Origin: Actinomycetes bacterium
Lineage (GTDB): Bacteria; Actinomycetota; Acidimicrobiia; Acidimicrobiales; SZUA-35
DNA: 64,000 nt
Assembly: GCA_024276425.1 (NCBI GenBank)
Contig: JAJRXF010000188.1
Location: 5,545-69,544, forward strand
Direction of reading: 5' to 3'
Part shown: positions 37,472 to 46,247 of the stretch, one piece after another
Numbering within the stretch: the stretch's first letter is position 1
Layout of the letters: the number at the start of each line of letters is the position of its first letter
Translations under genes and position numbers: made by a program
Notes under the pieces: generated by a model
Told to the model about the DNA's origin: nothing
Databases searched by the model: none
Seen by the model: only the letters and a program-made list of their open reading frames with translations

Positions 37472-37629
37472 AGTGGCCCCCTGCGTAGTCTTGACCTTTA
37501 CCGTCGAACGATTGCGATCCTGACGAACCCGTTCCGAGGACCTATCGGCTACCAGGGTCCAGATTCAAGGTCCACCAGATTCAAGGACTCAAGGGGGGAA
37601 AGGCCCACAACTCGCTAGTCTCACGGGCT

Positions 37630-37713
37630 ATGTCGAAACGTCGCAAGAAGAAGAGGTTGGCCGCTCGTCGCAAAAAGGCGAACCACGGCCGTAAGCCAAA
37701 CGCTGGTCGCTAA
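37630..37713 (+). CDS. Small basic ribosomal protein bL37-like (27 aa)
   Basis: Below the ORF-track cut-off. Translation is MSKRRKKKRLAARRKKANHGRKPNAGR. As I recall it, the mycobacterial bL37 C-terminal core is KANHGKRPNA. No SD is visible; TAGTCT lies 8 nt upstream of the ATG, so the mRNA may be leaderless. Confidence 0.7.
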   Translation: MSKRRKKKRLAARRKKANHGRKPNAGR

Positions 37714-39398
37714 GTAGCCTGGTTGGCGTCGAAGTAGGCGGTGAGTTCTCGCTGGTAGCGGACGAGCCGCTGCTTTGCGTCCCGTCGTGCTGGACCAACA
37801 GCGCCGTTGCCAACGGACTCGATGACCTCGATGTACCCCTTGAGTTTTGGTTCGGTCCCACTGGGCCGAACAATAACTCTTGTCCGATCCCGGTAGTGCA
37901 GTACAACACCCTCGGCCACCGGCAGAGTCTCTCCCCGAGTCAGATCTGTCATCGACTCCAGCGAGGATCCTCCGAGATCGGCTGGCGGGCTGGTTTGGAT
38001 GCCAGCCATAAGCTGGCGCCTCTTCGCTATCCCATCGGATCCCGTTAGCCGCACCGTGACCGGTCCGGTCAGATAGACCCCATGCTCGGCCGCCAACTCA
38101 TCAAGACGATCCCATACCGTCAATCCATTCTTTTTCATTGTGGCCAACATCTCCGCCGCAACGAGGGCGGCCGAAATGCCATCCTTGTCTCGCACCGCGC
38201 TACCGACGCAGTATCCCAACGCTTCCTCATAGCCGAGAACAAACTCAAGTTCGGGCCGCTCCACGATGGGCCTGGCCACCCATTTGAACCCGGTGAGGGT
38301 GACTTCGCTTTGAATTCCTGCGGTCTTGGCCATCTCCTGAACAAGCCTGCTCGATACCAGCGAGTTCGAGACAATTCGGTCTGGTCCAGATCCACTTCGA
38401 ATCAAGTGATCGGCCAACAAGATGCCAACCTCGTCGCCGGATAGCCCAACATGACTCGGACCGTCGATTTCCTCGGCTCGACGACGCAGCGCAAGTGCCA
38501 GCCGGTCGGCATCCGGGTCGTTGGCGACCACGACGTCCGCACCACAAGTTCGGGCCAGGTCTAATGCCAGATCGAGTGCGCCATCCTCCTCCGGATTGGG
38601 GAAGGCCACGGTTGGAAAGTCTGGATCGGGCTGGAACTGCTCCTCCACCAGAGTTGGCGGGCGGAACCCTGCCTGAGTGAACGCCTGGACCATGTGCTCG
38701 CCGCCCACACCATGCATCGCACTATACACAACCTCGATCTCCCGATTCGTTGTCGTGCACGCAGCTACACAGGCATCGATATGCGCTTGGGCCAGTTCGT
38801 TTCCAAGGATCTGGATTCGATCATCCTCCAGACCCGCCAGCACCAACGGATCCTTCAGCGCATCGTCGATCGCGGCTGCAACCTCGGTGTCGGCCGGACT
38901 CACCAACTGAATGCCATCACCAAGGTAGAGCTTGTAGCCGTTGTCCCGCGGGGGGTTATGACTGGCGGTGATCATGACTCCAGCGTCGGCCTGACGCTCA
39001 AGAACGGCGAAGGCCAAAACCGGTGTTGGCAATGGTCCTGGAAGAAGTTCGGCCCGACCACCAGCGCCAGCTACCACCCGGGCAACATCGTGGGCGAAGT
39101 CCTCAGAGTGGTGGCGAGCGTCGTAGCCAATAACAACCTTGGCCCCTTTTGGCAGCCAACGCATGAGCCCCGCCGTCGTTTGGCGAACAACAAGACGGTT
39201 CATGCCGTTGGGCCCGGGCATCATCTCCGCCCGCAGACCCGCCGTCCCAAATTCAATTCGGCCTTCGAACATTGGGCGAAGAGCCTCAGAGCCTTCAGCG
39301 AGAAGATCGGTAACGATCTGGCGTGAGACGGGGTCCGGATCAAGGGAAATCCAGGCGGTTGCCGCGGCACGGATGGAGTCTGATACAGAATTGGTCAC
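37710..39398 (-). CDS. Phospho-sugar mutase (alpha-D-phosphohexomutase superfamily, PGM2/PgcA-like size class)
   Basis: 562 aa. Active-site loop TASHNPPRDNGYK, metal loop ANDPDADR, sugar loop GYEEALGY. Confidence 0.88.
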   Translation of the reverse strand: MTNSVSDSIRAAATAWISLDPDPVSRQIVTDLLAEGSEALRPMFEGRIEFGTAGLRAEMMPGPNGMNRLVVRQTTAGLMRWLPKGAKVVIGYDARHHSEDFAHDVARVVAGAGGRAELLPGPLPTPVLAFAVLERQADAGVMITASHNPPRDNGYKLYLGDGIQLVSPADTEVAAAIDDALKDPLVLAGLEDDRIQILGNELAQAHIDACVAACTTTNREIEVVYSAMHGVGGEHMVQAFTQAGFRPPTLVEEQFQPDPDFPTVAFPNPEEDGALDLALDLARTCGADVVVANDPDADRLALALRRRAEEIDGPSHVGLSGDEVGILLADHLIRSGSGPDRIVSNSLVSSRLVQEMAKTAGIQSEVTLTGFKWVARPIVERPELEFVLGYEEALGYCVGSAVRDKDGISAALVAAEMLATMKKNGLTVWDRLDELAAEHGVYLTGPVTVRLTGSDGIAKRRQLMAGIQTSPPADLGGSSLESMTDLTRGETLPVAEGVVLHYRDRTRVIVRPSGTEPKLKGYIEVIESVGNGAVGPARRDAKQRLVRYQRELTAYFDANQAT

Positions 39399-39428
39399 GC
39401 TGGTGAGTATGGCGCAGCTTCTATCGTC

Positions 39429-40421
39429 ATGGGAGTGGAACAGGTCCCATCTCTAACCGAGCTTGTCCGTGAATCGTGCGCCGCGGTCATGGACCGAGCC
39501 GCTTTCGTCACCATTGACCACCAACGTCTCCACCAATTCGCGGTTGAACTTCAGTCCCAAATCGAGTCTCAACCATCGTCTTGTATTGCCACATCGAGGC
39601 TCCAAGACCAGGCTCCGAAAAATGTCGAACGCCGCGCCCTTCTGGTTTTCTCGCTCGATGCCATCAACTTCGGATCCGGTTACCACGACATCGTCGACAA
39701 ATACCGTGATCTATCGGGTGCTCAGACCATGGCCCACCATCTACGGACATTCGAGCAAAGCTCGGGTCCACTTACGGCAACACGCTTGGGATCATTGACC
39801 GACCAGGACTGCAGCACAATCTTTCAACAGCCCCGATCCGATCCCGATTTGTGGGAGTTGATGGAGTTGTTCGGGCAGGCCTTACGAGCGCTGGGAGCCT
39901 GGTTGGATAGCTACGGCAGCAGCGCTGCCTCTGCCCTCGCTGCCGCCGATGGATCGGCCGAACGTTTGGCTCAGAACCTCTTGGCCATGCCCTTCTATCA
40001 AGACTCTTCGCCCTATTGGCACCAAGGGCACCAAAAGAGTGTGCGCTCGCTTAGGGCACATTTCTACAAGCGAGCTCAGATTACCGCCGCGGACCTTGAC
40101 CGAGAACTTGGTGGCTCTGTCTTCAACGACCTCGATCGATTGACCGCCTTTGCCGACAATCTGGTGCCCCACGTGCTCAAAATCGAGGGGATTCTGCGGT
40201 TCGACCATGAACTGGAGGACAGTATTTGCCGCGGAGAGCTTCTTGAACCTGGTTCGGCGCCCGAAATCGAGATCCGGGCTAGCGGCGTTCACGTCGTAGA
40301 AAGACTGAGTTCGCTCACCGGCATCAGAGCCATGGATCTCGACCTTGCATTATGGAAGCGTGGCGGCGCTCAGCGATACAAGTCAGTGCCACGGCATCGT
40401 TCGCGAAGCGTTTACTACTAG
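39429..40421 (+). CDS. Queuosine-salvage family protein (DUF2419 / Qng1-like)
   Basis: 330 aa. FSLDAINFGSGY and LTAFADNLVPHVLKIEGILRF...GSAPEIEIRASGVHVVE resemble the conserved blocks of the DUF2419 family (AD.R.P..L...G.L.Y; E.EIRA). Confidence 0.6.
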   Translation: MGVEQVPSLTELVRESCAAVMDRAAFVTIDHQRLHQFAVELQSQIESQPSSCIATSRLQDQAPKNVERRALLVFSLDAINFGSGYHDIVDKYRDLSGAQTMAHHLRTFEQSSGPLTATRLGSLTDQDCSTIFQQPRSDPDLWELMELFGQALRALGAWLDSYGSSAASALAAADGSAERLAQNLLAMPFYQDSSPYWHQGHQKSVRSLRAHFYKRAQITAADLDRELGGSVFNDLDRLTAFADNLVPHVLKIEGILRFDHELEDSICRGELLEPGSAPEIEIRASGVHVVERLSSLTGIRAMDLDLALWKRGGAQRYKSVPRHRSRSVYY

Positions 40422-40494
40422 GTACCACCCCATTGGGCAGTTGAGCGAGCACGGACGCCTGCGATCATTCCAACAAGACCGGTAGAATCCGGTC

Positions 40495-41091
40495 GTGCTA
40501 GACCACGTGTTTACCGACGCAATCGGAGCTCTGCGAGATGCCTTGGAAGAGGCGATGTTGGAGCGTCAAGGCCTTGAAGAGCGATTCCAGACAGATGTCC
40601 TATTGGGCGACCTGACCTGGGAAACCAGCTACGGACTGCCCGGCGAAGGCTCTCCTCCTCGGATACAAGTGGACCTCACTCTGGAATGGCCGACCTGGGC
40701 TCAGACCGCCTACCGAACGTGGTATCTCAACGAAACCTTTAGTGAGGCCCCCCATATCGAAATCGAAGTAGTTTTTCGGGTGCAACGTCTAGCTGAGGCC
40801 GCCGACCCTGGTCTGATCGTTCAGGCTTTTCCCAGCAAGGCGCTCACGGTTGGAACCGACATCCTCGAGCGACTGGCTCCAACTCTCGAAACCAAGTTTG
40901 ACGACAACCTTGAGGTTGTTGGGCACGCAATCGAGGTGGGATTCCAAGGTTCTTACCAACTTTCCGAGGCGATTCTTGAGGACGGATCGGTGCTGGACCA
41001 GCAGTTCATCGAGATCGGAAACTGGATCCTGTCCGCCCTGGTACGTCTTGGAGACCTTCCTCTTCGGTTCTCAGCCCCGGCGACAGCCTGA
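40495..41091 (+). CDS. Hypothetical protein
   Basis: 198-aa ORF (GTG start), acidic, no motif recognised. Ends 25 nt upstream of the same-strand EAL gene. Confidence 0.5.
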   Translation: MLDHVFTDAIGALRDALEEAMLERQGLEERFQTDVLLGDLTWETSYGLPGEGSPPRIQVDLTLEWPTWAQTAYRTWYLNETFSEAPHIEIEVVFRVQRLAEAADPGLIVQAFPSKALTVGTDILERLAPTLETKFDDNLEVVGHAIEVGFQGSYQLSEAILEDGSVLDQQFIEIGNWILSALVRLGDLPLRFSAPATA

Positions 41092-41116
41092 ATAGGGCCA
41101 GACATTCACCCAATGT

Positions 41117-42205
41117 GTGGCTTTCACCCTTGGGCCATTCGTGGCTAGACTCACACGCTATGAGGGGAGGCTTGCAATGACGTTAACGGAGCGCCACAGG
41201 GCTCAAGTCTCCTTGCCCCTACCCGAGCCAACGCTCGTCATGGTCGGATCTGAGGATCCCAACAGCGTCCGAGGCCTCGACCGCCTTCTACGAGAATCCG
41301 TTAGCGCCATCGACTTACGCTCGAACTCACTGTGGACAGAGGTAGAGAACGGCCGGCTGTTTCTCGAACAGGCCCTCGCTGCGGTACCCGATGGTCGCGA
41401 CCAGATTCGTTTCGGGTTTGCCCCACCGGGCGCAACGGTGCAAGAACTCCTTCGTCATGCGCTTCTCGCCTCCACCCTGGCTGAGCTTGGCCTGCGACTA
41501 GAAGAACTACTTTCTTCCGCCGTCTCACCCACCTATCAGGTCCGCTATCAACCCATCGTTTCTCTGCGAGACCGGTCAATCATCGGATTTGAAAGCCTCA
41601 TCTGGGCCAGCGATGGGCAAGAGATTCTCTCCGCTGATGATCTCATTGATCGAGCAACCGAGGCGGATTGGCTCGACGAATTGGATTCTCTGGCCAGGGC
41701 GTTGGCCATTGAAGGAGTCGGGCCGTGGTTGGGCGAAGGATTGCTCTTCTTAAATGTCCTGGCCCCAGGAGGAGAGTTCGACCAGGTCGCGGTGCAGCGA
41801 ACAATCGACCAGGCACAACAGGCGGGACTAGCTCCGGATCAACTCGTCCTTGAGGCCGTCGAACGGAATCGCTATGCCTCGCTGGATCATGCTTCAGCCC
41901 AGATTGAAGACTTCCGGGAACTTGGGGTTCGGATCGCGGTCGACGACGTCGGTGATGGATACGCCAGTTTGAGAACAGTGACCGCGCTGAAGCCAGACAT
42001 CATCAAAATCGCTGGATCTTTGGCCCGCGACCTGACAAGCCCGGAAGGCAAAGCTGTGGTCGGTGCGATTGTGCACCTAGCCCATGAAAGTGGTGCCTGG
42101 GTTGTAGCGGAGAACCTCGAAACGGCTGACCAGGCCCGGCTCGCCGCCGAACTCGGAGTCGACTGGGGTCAGGGACACTTTTTTGGTTCTCCGGGGCTTC
42201 CTTAG
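41117..42205 (+). CDS. Stand-alone EAL-domain protein (putative c-di-GMP phosphodiesterase)
   Basis: YQPIVSL...GFESLIW, FLNV, LEAVE, VDDVGDGYASL, IKIA, VAENLE, GQGHFFG. Most catalytic positions are retained, although the EAL triplet itself reads ESL. The start may be the ATG at 41177. Confidence 0.8.
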   Translation: MAFTLGPFVARLTRYEGRLAMTLTERHRAQVSLPLPEPTLVMVGSEDPNSVRGLDRLLRESVSAIDLRSNSLWTEVENGRLFLEQALAAVPDGRDQIRFGFAPPGATVQELLRHALLASTLAELGLRLEELLSSAVSPTYQVRYQPIVSLRDRSIIGFESLIWASDGQEILSADDLIDRATEADWLDELDSLARALAIEGVGPWLGEGLLFLNVLAPGGEFDQVAVQRTIDQAQQAGLAPDQLVLEAVERNRYASLDHASAQIEDFRELGVRIAVDDVGDGYASLRTVTALKPDIIKIAGSLARDLTSPEGKAVVGAIVHLAHESGAWVVAENLETADQARLAAELGVDWGQGHFFGSPGLP

Positions 42206-42453
42206 CCCACTATTTGGCTGCCTAGATCATCCGGAGACAAGCAGTTCATCCAGGCAGAGGCGGTCGAGCGATTGACCAAAACCGAAAGCGGCCAGCGAGG
42301 AAGGGGCGACTCTTCCCCGCCGGCACGCTTATTGTCTAGCGTGAAATTGTCCAAGCTCCACAACAATTGACGGCAGTTTCTGTCTTCTAGGTGTGTTTTC
42401 CCAGTTCAGAATGTTTTGCAGGAACAAAGTTCTTACGGTGTACGCCAAATTGC

Positions 42454-43464
42454 CTAGGCTTGGTCGACTAAGTCCCGCAAGGACTGCATTGGACGAGCAC
42501 CAACGTGAGCAATGACCTCCGCTGCGGCCAACGAACCGAGATAGCCACACCGTGCCAGGTCATAGCCTTGAGCCAGCCCGAACAATACGCCAGCGGCATA
42601 CAGATCCCCAGCTCCAGTGGTATCGACGACCGGCGCAATCTCCTCAGCCGGAACCTCGACGATCTCGTCCTTAGCAACCAGAATGGACCCCCCTCGTCCA
42701 AGGGTCACGCAACCAACCTCAACCTCGGTACGCAATATGTCAATGGCAGCCGCCAGGTCGGTGGTCTCATAGAGGGAAAAAAGTTCCTCTTTGTTGGCGA
42801 AGAGGATGTCGACCGGGCCCGCAACGAGCTCGCGGAATTCCTGATGATGACGCTCTACGCAAAAGGTGTCAGACAGCGCCAGGGCAGATTTACGCCCCGC
42901 GTCTGTCGCGACTTTCATGGCCTTACGAATAGCCAGCTTGGCCGACTCGACGTCCCACAAGTAACCCTCGCAAAAAACGATCTTCCCCGCGGCCACCGTC
43001 TCGACCATCACGTCTTCGGGCACGAGTTGGGAAGAGATACCAAGATAGGTATTCATTGTTCGCTGAGCATCAGGTGTCACCAGGATGAGGCACCTGGCGG
43101 TGGCCGGTCCTTCCGGGCTCGCTGGGACGTCATACCCAACACCGGCCGCACGCATGTCATGGCCAAAAACAACGCCTAACTGGTCATTGGCAACCTTGCC
43201 AATGTAGGAGGCCGTTCCCCCAAAGCTGGCAATGCCCGCCATGGTATTGGCAGCAGAACCCCCAGAGGATTCGATACCGGGGCCCATGCCCCGATAGAGC
43301 TCCTGAGCCCGAGACTCATCAATCAAGGTCATCGAACCCTTCACAATGCCCTGACTTTGGATGAAGGTGTCAGACGCCTGAGCGATGACATCGACAATGG
43401 CATTGCCAACCCCAACAACATCAACCTCCGGGTTGTTGCCCTGTTGTCGTTCTGTCTCGCCCAT
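42454..43464 (-). CDS. PfkB-family kinase (adenosine kinase-like)
   Basis: I prefer the ATG at 43464 (MGETERQQGNNPEVDVVGVGNAIVDV...). The track start at 43677 overlaps pepN. Also GGSAANT and DTTGAGDLYAAG (ATP/anion hole). Confidence 0.85.
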   Translation of the reverse strand: MGETERQQGNNPEVDVVGVGNAIVDVIAQASDTFIQSQGIVKGSMTLIDESRAQELYRGMGPGIESSGGSAANTMAGIASFGGTASYIGKVANDQLGVVFGHDMRAAGVGYDVPASPEGPATARCLILVTPDAQRTMNTYLGISSQLVPEDVMVETVAAGKIVFCEGYLWDVESAKLAIRKAMKVATDAGRKSALALSDTFCVERHHQEFRELVAGPVDILFANKEELFSLYETTDLAAAIDILRTEVEVGCVTLGRGGSILVAKDEIVEVPAEEIAPVVDTTGAGDLYAAGVLFGLAQGYDLARCGYLGSLAAAEVIAHVGARPMQSLRDLVDQA

Positions 43465-43550
43465 ATGTACTCCCCGATACTCCGCCATGGCGTGATGTTC
43501 CGCTAGGTCGTGCCAGCAGGAGAACCTAGCCTCTCGATAGCCTCTACAGG

Positions 43551-46247
43551 GTGTCTGACCATCAATCTGCTGCAAATACCCCCACCAATGGGCCCGATTC
43601 CCGCTATCGATTGCCGCCCAATGTTGCCCCAACCAATTACAAAATTCGTCTTGTTCCGAACCTGAGGGAAGAAGCATTCACTGGCTCGGTACAGATTGCC
43701 ATCGAGGTTGTCTCCCCAGTCAGCCAGATTGTCCTTAACAGCTCGGAACTGGAAATCGTCTCGGCCACGGTCAACCAGGAAGCAGTCAAGGTAACGCTAA
43801 ACCCCGATCTCGAACGGTTGACACTTCACCAGCAGTTGCCAAAAGGACCAGCAACCATCGAGGTTAAATACCGCGGCATCTTCAATGCCCAGATGGTTGG
43901 CTTTTACCTGAGTAACTTCACCGATGAAACAGGGGCTAGTCAAGCGCTAGCCACAACCCAGTTCGAATCAACCTACGCCAGAAAGGCCTTTCCCTGTTGG
44001 GATGAGCCCTCAATCAAAGCAACTTTTGACATCACCATCGTTGTCCCTCCGGGTATGCAGGCCATCTCAAACTCAGCCGAGATCGGCCGAAGCTCCGGTC
44101 CAAGCGGAGATGAGGTCACCTTCGCCACCACCATGGTTATGAGCACCTACCTCGTGGCCTTTGTCGTTGGCCCCTTGGAGATGACGAAGTCGGTTGATGT
44201 CGCCGGAGTACCTCTACGGGTGGTGCACGTGAGAGGAGCCGGATCAACCGAGGTTCCAAGCCTTGCCCCTGTCTTGACCGGAGACCAGCCCGGTGGACAG
44301 CCAGATAGTCCACCGAACACCACCAAGACTGGGCCCCTCACCGTCGATCTCACTGCCTTTGCCCTCGAATGTGGCCAGTTCGCCCTCGATTACTTCAGCG
44401 AGTACTTCGACCAGCCCTATCCCGGTGACAAAATCGACCTGGTAGCCATTCCAGACTTCGCGATGGGAGCAATGGAAAACCTTGGCTGCGTAACCTTCCG
44501 CGAGTCACTCCTTTTGGTCGATCCCGACTCGAGCACTCAACCTGAGTTGCAACGGGTCGCCGACGTCATCTTCCACGAGTTGGCCCACATGTGGTTTGGC
44601 GATCTCGTCACCATGAAGTGGTGGAATGGACTCTGGCTTAACGAGGCTTTTGCCACCTTCATGGAGATGCGTTGCACCGATGCGTTCCGACCGGAGTGGC
44701 AACGCTGGGCCGACTTTGGCTTGTCAAGAACGGCGGCCTTTGACATCGATGCCTTGGCCACCACCCGGCCGATCGAATACGAGGTCCATAGTCCAGATGA
44801 CGCTGAAGGTATGTTTGATGTCCTGACCTATGAAAAGGGTGCCGCCGTTGTCAGAATGCTGGAGCAGTATCTAGGCGAAGAGGCCTTTCGGGCTGGGATC
44901 CGTCGCTATATGACCTCTCATGCCTACGGCAACACCGAGACGACTGATCTGTGGGACGCGATCGAGACCGAGACCGGAGAGCCGGTTCGGGCCATCATGG
45001 ACTCGTGGATCTTCCAAGGAGGAACCCCCTTGGTGTCGGTCGAACTGGCCCCAAACGGCAAGTCCGTGACCTTTAGCCAAGAACCGCTGGCCTACACCGA
45101 GGGTCGTGAACCATCCGAGGAGTCTGGGCCAGACGAAAGGCTGTGGATTGCCCCGCTCCGCTACCGGTGGAAACCCTTCAATGCCGACCCTGTAACCGCT
45201 AGCGTGTTGTTGGATTCGGCATCAGTAACCATCTCCCTAGAATCCCAAGCCGAGTGGCTAATCGCCAACGCTGAGGGCACAAGTTACCTTCGGACCCTCT
45301 ATCCACCCGAGGCCTTGGACACGCTCGGGGCGGTTGCCTTTGACTTCCTTTCCCCCATCGAACGCTATGCGCTCGTCGATGATGCCTGGGCCGCAGTCTT
45401 GGCCGATTCGATGACTGCGGCATCTTTTCTTTCGCTTCTAGAGTCGCTCACCGCAGAAAATGACCGATCGGTCTGGCAACGAATCCTCGCTGGATTGAGA
45501 TCCTTAGACCGCTTGCTATCCGGGGAGTCCAGGCAAAACTTTCAATCGATTGCCCACGACGCGATTGCGCCTTCCCTAGCAGGCCTGACCCTGTCTCCCC
45601 AGTCCGATGACGACGACCGTTCACGCCAGCTTCGAGGCGACCTCATCCGAGCGATGGGCACGATCGCCAACGACTACGAAATCCAAGAGGAGGCAAAACG
45701 CACAGTGGCCCAAGCGTTAAGAAATCCCCAGATGGTCGACGCATCAATCTTGGCAGGCGCCATCGATGTGACTGCCTCACTTGGGGACGACGTCGACCTG
45801 GAAGACTTTATCGGCGCCTTCCGAACGGCCGGCACACCCCAAGAACAACTCCGCTATCTGTACGCAACAGCGGACTTCCCTGAGTTCGACCAACTCCAGC
45901 GGGTGCTCGAACTGATCATGTCGGGCGATGTCCGACCGCAGAACGCCCCACAGTGGCTCAACAGAGCATTGCGCAACCGGGAAAACGGCCCCCGGGTCTG
46001 GGAGTTCATCCAGGAAAACTGGGAAGAGCTTAGTCAATTGGTGGCCACCGCCTCGATTGTGCGATTCCTCAGCGGCCTGTCGTCGCTTACGTCCCCGGAA
46101 TCCGCCGACCAGACGGTGGCTTTCTTCGCCAAACACCCGGTGCCTCAGGGAGAGCAAACGCTTTTGCAAATCCTGGAACGCCAGCGAGTGGAGGTTGCTC
46201 TGGTTGGTCGAGAAACTGCCAGATTCAACGCCATTCTTGCTCCTTGA
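43551..46247 (+). CDS. pepN: Aminopeptidase N (M1 family)
   Basis: GAMENLG exopeptidase motif and HELAHMWFGDLVTMKWWNGLWLNEAF zinc motif; 898 aa. Confidence 0.93.
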   Translation: MSDHQSAANTPTNGPDSRYRLPPNVAPTNYKIRLVPNLREEAFTGSVQIAIEVVSPVSQIVLNSSELEIVSATVNQEAVKVTLNPDLERLTLHQQLPKGPATIEVKYRGIFNAQMVGFYLSNFTDETGASQALATTQFESTYARKAFPCWDEPSIKATFDITIVVPPGMQAISNSAEIGRSSGPSGDEVTFATTMVMSTYLVAFVVGPLEMTKSVDVAGVPLRVVHVRGAGSTEVPSLAPVLTGDQPGGQPDSPPNTTKTGPLTVDLTAFALECGQFALDYFSEYFDQPYPGDKIDLVAIPDFAMGAMENLGCVTFRESLLLVDPDSSTQPELQRVADVIFHELAHMWFGDLVTMKWWNGLWLNEAFATFMEMRCTDAFRPEWQRWADFGLSRTAAFDIDALATTRPIEYEVHSPDDAEGMFDVLTYEKGAAVVRMLEQYLGEEAFRAGIRRYMTSHAYGNTETTDLWDAIETETGEPVRAIMDSWIFQGGTPLVSVELAPNGKSVTFSQEPLAYTEGREPSEESGPDERLWIAPLRYRWKPFNADPVTASVLLDSASVTISLESQAEWLIANAEGTSYLRTLYPPEALDTLGAVAFDFLSPIERYALVDDAWAAVLADSMTAASFLSLLESLTAENDRSVWQRILAGLRSLDRLLSGESRQNFQSIAHDAIAPSLAGLTLSPQSDDDDRSRQLRGDLIRAMGTIANDYEIQEEAKRTVAQALRNPQMVDASILAGAIDVTASLGDDVDLEDFIGAFRTAGTPQEQLRYLYATADFPEFDQLQRVLELIMSGDVRPQNAPQWLNRALRNRENGPRVWEFIQENWEELSQLVATASIVRFLSGLSSLTSPESADQTVAFFAKHPVPQGEQTLLQILERQRVEVALVGRETARFNAILAP

